Source of the DNA: Nemertoderma westbladi
Lineage: Eukaryota > Animalia > Xenacoelomorpha
DNA length: 38,531 nucleotides
Direction: 5' to 3'
NCBI GenBank assembly: GCA_032718475.1
Contig: JAUCBJ010002560.1
Coordinates: forward strand, 1-38,531
Both the position numbers and the translations under genes were made by a program. The first letter of the stretch is position 1, and each line of letters begins with the position of its first letter. Below the pieces are notes generated by a model. That model saw only the letters and a list, made by a program, of their open reading frames with translations, did not search any database and was not told the origin of the DNA. This document shows positions 23,108 through 32,608 of the stretch, piece after piece.

Positions 23108-24220
23108 ATGAGGTTGACATCAAGATGGATTGTTGCTCTGGTTATCGTCATAGTAACATGGTTTGCCATTCTAGAATATCTATCAACAAGTTCAGAACAA
23201 TATGATAGTGTCATTGGTGAAATGACGCGAAAATTCAAACAGGAAGATGAAAATATTATTTATGACGTAGAAATAATAGAGAAAGGTAATTTTAGCAGCA
23301 ACGTAAATGCGGAAACTTTGATAATTAATGCCCAACGAGCAACTCCAAACAGTATTAAAGTTGTACCAAATATTGTACACCAAATATGGCTGCATGAACC
23401 AGAATTCCTCTTCATCCACTATATATGTCTTATATCTATATACAAAAATTTGAAACCGGATATTATTTATTTCCACACTAACATGGGTCTCGATTTCAAT
23501 GGTAGTTATGGCAACTCAAAACCATGGTTCGAGCGAGCCAGACTCGCAATTCCAGTTCTAGTTGTCAAGGAGATAACCCCTCCAGATTATGTGTTTAACA
23601 TTTCAATATCAACTGAATTTCGGGCTCCACACCAAGCAGACGTGTTGCGCCTCGAAATATTAATGGAATATGGAGGAATATATTTAGACGGTGACGTTTT
23701 TGGTCTGCATCCATTGGACAATCTCCGTTACTATGACTACACAGTGAATGAGCACGAAATTAAAGCACTAATGAATGGAGTTATTGTGGCCAATAAAAAC
23801 TCTCTATTTTTACGGCTTTTCTATGAAAGTTACATAAATTATAAACCGAATTGTTGGGGGTGCTCATGCTGTGTTGCCATGGAAACAATTGCCAAGAAAT
23901 ACCCTCATTTAGTTAATGTGGTGAACGACTTAGTTTTTCCTAAATGGCCTCAGAGCGGAATTCAATTCTACGCTAACTACAACTGGATAACCGAAAAATA
24001 TACAACTCATATATGGTTGCGGGAATGGAATAATCGACACGAGAAGATCACACCCGATAATATACATTGTTTTAATTCGTATTTTGGTAAAATGATGTAT
24101 AAAATATATATGGGTGAAACAGAACAAGAATATGAGAAAAAGTGCACACACCGTGAAAGAGCAACAAAGATTCCCAAATACATGGTTAGATCAAGAAAAT
24201 TTCGAAGAAAGGGTTATTAA
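23108..24220 (+). CDS. DXD-motif glycosyltransferase, GT32-like (alpha-1,4-glycosyltransferase family), type II Golgi membrane protein, 370 aa
   Basis: Short N-tail plus a hydrophobic signal-anchor (WIVALVIVIVTWFAIL) and a stem. Motifs VPNIVHQIW, HQADVLRLEILMEYGGIYLDGDV, NGVIVA...S.FL and HIW. The ORF is uninterrupted. Confidence 0.9.
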   Translation: MRLTSRWIVALVIVIVTWFAILEYLSTSSEQYDSVIGEMTRKFKQEDENIIYDVEIIEKGNFSSNVNAETLIINAQRATPNSIKVVPNIVHQIWLHEPEFLFIHYICLISIYKNLKPDIIYFHTNMGLDFNGSYGNSKPWFERARLAIPVLVVKEITPPDYVFNISISTEFRAPHQADVLRLEILMEYGGIYLDGDVFGLHPLDNLRYYDYTVNEHEIKALMNGVIVANKNSLFLRLFYESYINYKPNCWGCSCCVAMETIAKKYPHLVNVVNDLVFPKWPQSGIQFYANYNWITEKYTTHIWLREWNNRHEKITPDNIHCFNSYFGKMMYKIYMGETEQEYEKKCTHRERATKIPKYMVRSRKFRRKGY

Positions 24221-24380
24221 GGAGTGATTTTACGTGAACTAATATTATTTTATTATGTTACAGTTGCAGTACTACGAACTAGAAAACACGAACTAAGATC
24301 TTACCATCCAGGTTACCAGATTACCAGTAACGAAATTTAGGAAATTTCATATTGTTATAACTTTATGTTGGGCACAGCTG

Positions 24381-24455
24381 AGCCGCTAGCTGAATGGTTT
24401 GAGCGTCAGGCTTCCAACCCGGAGGTGACCAGTTCGTTCCCACCCGGATGTCATT
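24381..24455 (+). mobile_element. tRNA-derived SINE head / tRNA pseudogene
   Basis: A box TAGCTGAATGG, degenerate B box AGTTCGTTCCC, tRNA-like spacing; stems are imperfect. Confidence 0.5.
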
Positions 24456-24820
24456 AAGGTCTTTTCAAAAGACATCAACCAACATAAAGTTATAAAAAAT
24501 ATATGTGTATCAAATATAAGTGTTTTGAATATTAATCTGCCTGCTTATAATGTATCATAATTTTTTGACAGTAGATCAGAATACCAAGTATTCTATATCA
24601 ACCAGGGTGTAGCCCACCCAACCAGCCTCTGATCAGGGTTCCTGCATATAATCCCGATCGAGGGTTTTTGTAGTGAGACTGGTGGCGTCAATAGATATTA
24701 GTTTTGATGCTTCTGATAACAATAAATAAACTGGTCAATATTATCGCAAACACTCCACCTATTAGACATATGGTTGGACACAAAGAGCTATGTGATGTCT
24801 AATTATACCGGTAAACTGAA

Positions 24821-25010
24821 CCCACTATGGTGTGGTGGTTGCATTGAATTCACATCGCTTGTAGGACGTGGGTTCGATCCCCGAATGGGGGCCACGGCAG
24901 TTTTCGGCTGATCTCTACCTTGCATCCTTCAGGGGTATCTAAATGAGTACTGGAGTTTCCTTTGGGGAGTATAGTTCTGTGGGGACCGCAATGACCGACC
25001 TGCCAGAATT
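24821..25010 (+). mobile_element. tRNA-derived SINE with a conserved central domain
   Basis: A box TGGTGTGGTGG and B box GGTTCGATCCC, followed by CCTTGCATCCTTCAGGGGTATCTAAATGAGTAC. The latter resembles the central domain of widespread metazoan tRNA-SINEs. A related motif lies antisense at ~13100-13135. Confidence 0.65.
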
Positions 25011-25480
25011 ATTTTCACAAAATTTCGCCTGATAGTTATGTTGCCCCATTTTTGATCTATCATATAAAAAAACTTTCATGTGATTAGATTCAAAACTGTA
25101 AAAGCCTTAGAGTTTTAAGCGCAACCAAGTTTTTTTTAATGTTAACTAGTATTAAGTAATATTAAAAAACAGAACAATACAATTTTTCTGATCTGCATGT
25201 AGAATAGCATCTTAGGTACTTTATTCACAATATATTAACACAATTATATTACAAATTATAGCCAAAACCAAATGGAAGAGTTGTCTGAAAATGCTCTACC
25301 CCCATTAAACGCGATTACAACGCCATTTCATCATTATTGAATCTATTATGTTATATTTTATCGTAAGAAAAGCATGTATTCTTATCACTTGTTGTATATT
25401 TTACTGGCCACTGCTACTACTGCTGTTTCGTGTGAGGTCTATACAAACACTACTTCTGAACTAGTAGGCCTGCTAATACC

Positions 25481-25603
25481 ACTACTAGGATCGGCATGCT
25501 GCATTGCAGCTGCATTTTCAAAAATGCTGTGCCGGCTTGTCGGCAAAATTGCACCACCACAACTCCCTATCACCCATGGCATGTGCTAGATCATCCGCAT
25601 CTT
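25481..25603 (-). mobile_element. RTE 3'-end copy, same family as 20957-21085
   Basis: Nearly identical to 20964-21085 (actactaggatcggcatgctgcattgcagctgcatttt...). Confidence 0.85.
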
Positions 25604-25699
25604 CTTAATATATTCTGCAACAGTTTATAGACCAATAGACCAAAATGGACCAAATCTCTAACTGCATCATCCGTTGCCACTTCTCATGTTCTGGAGGAC

Positions 25700-26015
25700 T
25701 GGCTAAGAAGTTTCCTAAGGTGTTTCTGATTGTGTGCTACTCTCCAACTAGTGTTTCCCCAGTAGAAGAGGTAGAAAATTTCTACCACAATCTACAAGCA
25801 GCTACTGATGGAGTGGATCAGCATGCATTCTTAACATTCCTGGGAGACTTTAATGCAAGTCTGCATCAATCACCTACATCGCCCTGGGTCTATAGCGATA
25901 GTGTTAATCGAAATTCCGCCATTTTCAGAATTTCATCTCTGGAAATGTCATTGTTTTCGGCTGGAATACAGTTCAAGAAGCGAACTGGAATGCTATGGAC
26001 TCATGTGGACCCAGG
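25700..26015 (+). mobile_element. RTE-type AP-endonuclease fragment
   Basis: Contains IVCYSPT...EEVENFY..LQ, LGDFNA, NRNS and FKKR..LWTH. Confidence 0.8.
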
Positions 26016-26559
26016 ACACTTGAATGCTGTGTATATAAAGGAATCTATTCCTAGTACTGTAGTCACATATTCCAATTGTTTTAGCATACGCTTGCATCTC
26101 TTGCAACCCTGTATAAACCACCCAATGTTCTACTGCCTAGGCTAATGTCACCAGCTTGTCTACTTCTAAAGTAATACCTTACTGTACATGATTTAACCCA
26201 ATTTCTCCCTTCCTTACAGCGTTTGGAACATTTTCTACCAGCCAACTGAGTATAAAACCCTTACACTAGTTCGGCCACTTTCTTCATTCCTTACATGATT
26301 TCAACGTCCAATCGATTAATAGTTAATTAACCAATCCCAGGCTACTAAGTGAATCCTACACTAAACATTGTCACATTAAATACACCGAAATATTGCCAAT
26401 AATACACTAAACATCTGGCCGCACTAATATTATCACTTCAACTAAGGCCCATGAATGTACACTTCAAAATACAAGTTACTCATCCTGGCTGTGAGTACGA
26501 TGCCTATTCCCAACTAACATTGTCTGCTTTGTTCGTACAACAATGATTAATACTGTACA

Positions 26560-27500
26560 GTATACACATCTTTTGGCTTCACAAATACGCAGTGTCTAAA
26601 TGGGTTTGGCCGTCTAAATGGGTTACATTGTTTTCTCACACTTAATCTGCTCATCACTTTAACACTCTTAGTGATACCCCACTATGATTAAATCGGTAAC
26701 CAATATTACAGCCACTGTTATTTCCAATGCAAATATGTCCTTTATTGGTTTTGTATTATTCGCTCACAAGCTTTTGCCTTTGGTTTGGTAATTCTGAAGC
26801 AATACTGGTTTCAAGGCCGCTGATCACGATATAACTCGTTTGAAATCATTCGTGGTCACGCAACTATCGTTTTTGGTGCTAGTCTGGTGATAATGTGACG
26901 AAAAGTACAAATGGGCTTAATATTTCAAACGGCATAAATCGAATTTGGTGAGAAATACGATAATTTTGAGCGTCATATTCGTGATAAGCGCCCCCCAGAA
27001 TACCCATAATGTCATAAAATCCGGTTGATTTGGCAATGATTTTTGATTATCAAATTTGTGCTACATATTTTTTGTGCCGCACATTGACGCATATCCAAAA
27101 ATGCCGTAATCAACAATAAGGCACGATATTTTCCAGTGTCATGTTTGTGATCAGCATCCTAAAACCCATATGGTTTAAAAACCAATTTGAATTCGTGGTG
27201 ATTTTCATTATCATATTTCCACTTAGGCCTACTTGTTGTTTTCGTGCCCAAGAGGGCCCATTCAAAATTGCCAAAATTGTTCTCGAATGTTATGTTTGAG
27301 TTCTATAATGGTGATCAGGATAAAAAAAAAACTCTATACAATATACCGTGAATAAATTAATTTTAGTGAACTATAAACACTTTTGTAAATTTTAGCTCGG
27401 GAAATGTTTGAGATGGGTGCCAGAAATGGACCCAGCACGAATACGAACATAAGCTATATAAATAGCGTTTGATCTATTGCATGGCCCATTAAATTCACTA
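26560..27500. mobile_element. Probable non-autonomous DNA-transposon remnant (unclassified)
   Basis: Recurrent motif GTGAT(A/C)AGC...C...AA(T/A)ACCCATA at ~26981 and ~27147, with a weaker copy at ~27311. Non-coding; termini not resolved. Confidence 0.3.
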
Positions 27501-27769
27501 ACAAATTCATTAACAAATCTCACTCAAAGATACAGATAAATTACACAATTTAATTCGCCGTCACCCACCCCACAACAATTCATTTATTATTATTAAATAA
27601 CAGCATGATGGCCGGCATACGGCACGGGGTATCAGTGGTTTCTACAGCACTGAATATAGTAATTATTTGAGGCATGGTTGCCACTGCACTTCTGGCAGCA
27701 CGGGAATAACGTTGTACTTTACTTTGAGTGATTGTAAAAGACTAAGACAGTAAAAGTACTAAGAAACTA

Positions 27770-28857
27770 TTACTGCTCAGCTTCAGCTTTCTTGGCATCT
27801 AGAACACGGATATGTCAAGCATTCCCCTTAGAGAGAGGTGTAAGACAAGGCAGGATGTTATCCCCAATTCTTTTTAATTTCTATATGTCTAGTCTTTTTA
27901 AGGAGATTGATAACAGTGGTCTTGGTGTGCACATAAAGGCAGAATCTTTCGGTGGAGTGAGCTATGGTGATGATATCATTCTTGCAGCAAACATGAAGTC
28001 TGATGCAGAGAAACTTATGGCCCTATGCTGCAATTACTTTGAAAGACATAAGTTGCTTCTAAACATAAAAAAGACTCAATTCGTATACCTGAATGGTGCT
28101 AGAGCGAGCAATGGAGAGGAATCATTGGAATTCATAAATGGGACAGACAGCATTATTTTGGTTTCTGTGAAGGATTGCAACTATCTAGGGTTGCCCTTTC
28201 CCATGACGTCGCAATCTTTGACTCAGTTTGTAAAATGTAAAATTTGGACTTGTGTCAGCAGAATGGAGGCACGTGGTCTTTGCATTAACAGTGTTCCACT
28301 GGCAGTTGTTGTTAAATATGGAAGGTGATGTGCCTCCCGTCAATACTGTATGGATGCTCGGAACTTGATAAGCCCAATATTGCAGAGATATCGCTACAAC
28401 TTCATAAAGCAATGAGAACTATATGTGCAATAGGAAACTATGTTTCTAATGGAATTCTATGTAAACTCTTTGGTATGATCAACCTGGAAGATTTCCTATA
28501 CTTCAAAACTGCGTCACCTACAGCATCTTAAATTGTCCTAATAGAAAGGTTCTTTTTTTCTTTCATAATTTAATCTGTCTGCACCTTGCAGGTTTGTCTA
28601 GTGCTCAGATTTTTTTCCGTTATGGTGTCTCCGCATGGCACCTCGGTTTACAAAGTTTGTCTTCTCTGAGTGTCTCTAGATACAGTTTCAAGGCCATACG
28701 GAATCGACATGGAAAATCTCAAGCCACCGAACTGAGTCCTGCTAGTCAGTATAAACTCTTTTTTATTGGTACCATACTGAGTTGCACCACTGGCTCACAT
28801 GCAGCTCGCCATTTAGTGGTATTGGACTTTTATAATCTTTATCAATAATAATAATAC
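27770..28857 (+). mobile_element. 5'-truncated LINE RT fragment (RTE-X-like), decayed, with (AAT)n tail
   Basis: Contains F.LERGVRQGRMLSPILFNFY..L..E...SGLGVHI, VSYGDDIIL, NIKKT, YLG and, after a frameshift, CLPSILYGCSE. (AAT)n lies at ~28843-28857. Confidence 0.75.
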
Positions 28858-29214
28858 CTATAAAAGTATAAGTATAATAAATAATACTTAATCAATAATA
28901 CTCCTAATGATACGTGTTATTTTTAACTGATATGATACTATTAGTTTTTCGGCCCTTACATGCCAAAACCGGCCGTATTATATTGTCATTGTATCTTGTT
29001 GCTCTTATTTTGTATGTTATTTTAATTACTTTGATGTTGTTAGACCATTTTACCAATAATAGCCGCCGATAAATCAACATACTGTATCTTATGTATATAA
29101 ATATCATAATCATTATTATAATATAATTTTATAATTTCACCCTTCCTTTCTATCATTTAAAATAATTGATTGTAAATACTGTCTCTTCAGCATATTATAT
29201 ATATTCATTAATGT

Positions 29215-31357
29215 AATCTGGACCTAGACGGTACCTAGACGACGGGAATCTCGCTGACCACTACCGGGTGGTGTTAGACGACCTCCGATCCGTCATCCTC
29301 GAGGGAGGTCGTTGCGGACTCCGGATCAACCCCTCCAAGTCGGAACTCTTCTTCCTTGGGGAGGAATCTCCGGAGTCCCGTCTATCCATCCAACGCAGGT
29401 TCGACGAGGTCTGCGAGGGGATTCAGGTGCGCCCACTAGAAGACCTGAAGATCCTGGGCGCACCCATAGGAGACAATGCCATCGTCTCCTGTCTCGACAA
29501 CAAACTCGCGGACCTCCGGACTCTCGTCTCCCGACTCCCTCTCCTCGACTCCCATCACGCCTTCTTCCTCCTGCGGTGCTCCTTCACCATTCCGCGACTG
29601 ACATACTTCCTCCGAACGGCTCCGTGTTTCGACTTCCCGGGGCTGCTGGAGGAGTACGATTCCATCCAGCGGAGCACCCTGCAGGAGATCTCCAACGTCC
29701 ACCTGGACGACTCCGCGTGGGCACAATCCTGTTTGCCTGCGCGTTGCGGGGGTCTAGGACTGACCTCGGCTGTGCAGCTCGCACCTTCCGCCTTTCTGGC
29801 TTCCGCGGCTGCCTGCTCTGGACTCTCCTACTCCCTCTTTGAGTCTCTGGTGGATGCCCCCTCCCCATCCCACAACCGTGCCCTCGCTGCGTGGTCAACG
29901 ACTCTCGATCCTGTCGTGACCCCCGTTCCCCCGCCCCTAGCGCCACCATCCTTTACGCCACCGCCACCGCCACCACACGCGACGCCACCGCCACCATCCG
30001 CGACACCACCGCCTCCACTACCCACGACGCCACAACCCACGACGCCACCGCCACCAGCCCTGACACCACCGCCTCCACCCACGACGACGCCACCACCCAC
30101 TACACCACCGCTACCACCCGTGACATCACCGCCTCCACCCACGACGCTATCACCCACGACACCACCGCCACCGTCCGCAACACCAACCACCCCTGCTGCT
30201 TTTTCGTCCGCGGCCACCAAGCAGTGGGCCTACCTGGCCCCTGTCCACGAGGCCAGGCTAACAGCCCTGCGGGAGTCCCTCCCACCATCCGGGGTGGCGA
30301 GGTTGAACTCCCTGGACCACCCCGCCGCAGGCTGCTGGCTTGACGCCATCCCCGTCAGCTCTCTGGGACTGAAGCTGACGGACTCGCAGTTCCGGATCTC
30401 GGTCGGCACTCGCCTTGGGAGCAGGCTAACCGAGCCCCACAGCTGTGCCCGGTGTGGCAAGGATGTTCTGTCGGATGGCCTTCATGGGCTATCCTGCTCT
30501 AGGAGCCTCGGCAGACTTCCGCGCCACTCAATGGTTAATGACATTGTTCGCCGGGCGCTCATCAGCTGTGGCGTCCCCGCTACGCTCGAGCCTCTAGGCT
30601 TGTGTAGAGGGGATGGGAAGAGAGTAGATGGCGTCACCCTGGTCCCGTGGAGCCGCGGACGGTTCCTCACGTGGGACGCGACGGTGGCGGACCCTCTGGC
30701 ACCCAGCCACCTCGCCCAGACTCTATCCGCGGGAGGCCGTACTGCGGAGGAAGCGGAATCTCTAAAGATCCGCAAATATCAGGAACTCATGGACCGGGGC
30801 TACCTCTTCCACCCGGTAGCCTACGAGACCTTGGGCCGCCCCGGCCCTGAAACATCCGAGTTCCTGAAGGAGATCGGGGCCAGACTCCACTCTGTCACCC
30901 AGGCGCCCCGATCTCACCGTTTCCTCCTGCAGAGGCTGGCAATCGCCATCCTAGTCGGCAATGCGGCCTCCATCATAGGGACTGTGGACCCCTCACTCAA
31001 TAATAACGAGGGACTCTACGAGATGGTCCACGGTCCCTAACCCCCCCCCCCCCCCCCCCCCGATACTCATTGTGCTTTTTGTACTTAGTAGCTTAGTTTA
31101 GTTATTTTATACCTATTTGCATCAATTTCGGTAGTTAATTATTTAAAATAATGTAATTTCATCCAACATAATTTAAATCTGACATTATTAGTTATGTATA
31201 TACGGTGCGTTTTTAGACCTCACCATTTTACTGTAATTCTGTATTTTACTTAACCTATATACCGTGCGTTTTAAATTTTGTTTTAACAGTTATCACCCTA
31301 TAATTTTATCAATATAGCCTGCCGGGGCGTAAACCGAGCTTTGAAATTGAAAAAAAA
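29215..31357 (+). mobile_element. CRE-clade non-LTR retrotransposon (restriction-like endonuclease), 5'-truncated at YLDD
   Basis: YLDDG at 29232. GC-rich ORF, 3' UTR with a C-run at 31041-31061, and an A-tail at ~31350-31357. Confidence 0.88.
29232..31040 (+). CDS. CRE ORF C-terminal part: end of RT, thumb, Pro/Thr-rich insert, CCHC finger, RLE
   Basis: Motifs YLDDG, GLRINPSKSE, ILGAPIG, PRLTYFLR, LP.R.GGLGL, APSAFLAS, AGCWL.AIP...LG, C.RC...HGLSC, RH..VND, EP.GL...DGKRVDG, WD.TV, AE..K..KY, ETLG. No start codon because the copy is truncated. Confidence 0.85.
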   Translation, partial: YLDDGNLADHYRVVLDDLRSVILEGGRCGLRINPSKSELFFLGEESPESRLSIQRRFDEVCEGIQVRPLEDLKILGAPIGDNAIVSCLDNKLADLRTLVSRLPLLDSHHAFFLLRCSFTIPRLTYFLRTAPCFDFPGLLEEYDSIQRSTLQEISNVHLDDSAWAQSCLPARCGGLGLTSAVQLAPSAFLASAAACSGLSYSLFESLVDAPSPSHNRALAAWSTTLDPVVTPVPPPLAPPSFTPPPPPPHATPPPPSATPPPPLPTTPQPTTPPPPALTPPPPPTTTPPPTTPPLPPVTSPPPPTTLSPTTPPPPSATPTTPAAFSSAATKQWAYLAPVHEARLTALRESLPPSGVARLNSLDHPAAGCWLDAIPVSSLGLKLTDSQFRISVGTRLGSRLTEPHSCARCGKDVLSDGLHGLSCSRSLGRLPRHSMVNDIVRRALISCGVPATLEPLGLCRGDGKRVDGVTLVPWSRGRFLTWDATVADPLAPSHLAQTLSAGGRTAEEAESLKIRKYQELMDRGYLFHPVAYETLGRPGPETSEFLKEIGARLHSVTQAPRSHRFLLQRLAIAILVGNAASIIGTVDPSLNNNEGLYEMVHGP

Positions 31358-31797
31358 GTGATCCTAACTACCACCCTCCCTCCGGTAGCACACCCACCCC
31401 TAGTTTTGCAGCGTCAGCAATTTTAATATTTTTACTCATTTTATTTACTGTTGTCAAGAGTAAGTCTTCATTCTTAATACGTCATAATTAAAATTAATAC
31501 AGATTAATAATTATTATTATTGTTTAAAAATTCCTAAATTATAAAATATTCCAGGTCAATTTAATTAGTAATGCATTGAATAATGCAATTTAATAATTAT
31601 ATTCGAAGGATACAAATTAATAATAAAAATAATGTAATAACATCTGGTGTGATTTAAATTGCTTTTCAATTAGGAATAATTTTTCAGAAAACAAACAATC
31701 TGTCCCTAAATCCGCGGCAGACAACATAATAGTATTTTTTACCTGACATGAGTGTTTTACCTTTAATCCATGTATAGTATCTTTGTTGGGGTCATTT

Positions 31798-32186
31798 CGG
31801 TTGGGTGCAATCTTCGCCCGCGTCCAATCTTCGCCCGCCTCCAAACTTCGCCCGCCTCCAAACTTCGCCCGCGAGCAACCTTCGCCCAATTAGTAACCAT
31901 TTTAGTTACCAATTGAGGGCAAGTAGCACGTTACAGAGGCGGCTTTATCTAACCACAACAAAAAACTATGAATTTACCAATTGAGGGAAAGGAGCAGGTT
32001 ACAGATACGTCTTTTTCTAACCAAAACAATAATTGTTTATTGGGCGAAGGTTGCTCGCGGGCGAAGATTGCCTGCGTCCGAAGGTTTCCGCTGGGCGATA
32101 GTTGCTCATTTTGAGCGCGAAGATTGCTCCGGGTGAAGATTGGACACGGGCGAAGCTTTCTAGCGGGCGAATTTTGCTGCGTACCG
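31798..32186. mobile_element. Foldback-type MITE with arrays of ~16-bp subterminal repeats
   Basis: Left arm (CCAAACTTCGCCCGCCT-like)x5 ends in CTTCGCCCGCGAGCAACCTTCGCCCAAT. The right arm starts with its exact reverse complement ATTGGGCGAAGGTTGCTCGCGGGCGAAG. Termini CGGT...ACCG; no clear TSD. Confidence 0.8.
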
Positions 32187-32608
32187 GCCATGTCAATGTC
32201 TGACTTAGGTGTTTTTTCCTCAACAATCATAGGGAAGTATTGACTTGGGTTGAACAATAATTATTATTATTACCAATTAAATGGTTGGTTTGCCTATCAG
32301 AGTTCCTTGATGGTAGTATTTTTTAGAACAAATGATTTGAACCGTACTGTTGATGATTCCAGGCCATATGCTTATGTAAAACTTGTAGCATTGCCTCGAG
32401 CTAAATTCGTGACTCGAAGAGCATGCTCTGGACAACTTATTAATTATTGATTTGTAGACGTATGTGACGCTGTATGTGACTGTATGTTATATGTACTGTA
32501 CTGTACTGATAAGTACTGTACTGCAGTACTGCCTACACTACTGTGCTGTCTGCTGTGTCTTTTAATACTGATAGACTGAGTCGGAGTTATTGATGTATTG
32601 AATCCGAG

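Noticed and set aside
16783-24900. Functional tRNA genes at ~16783, ~24381 and ~24821
   Set aside because: A/B boxes are present but the cloverleaf stems are broken; these are SINE heads or pseudogenes.
29312-30850. Multiple overlapping ORFs, including the Gly/Val-rich 29828-30220
   Set aside because: Alternative-frame and antisense artefacts of GC-rich CRE coding sequence.
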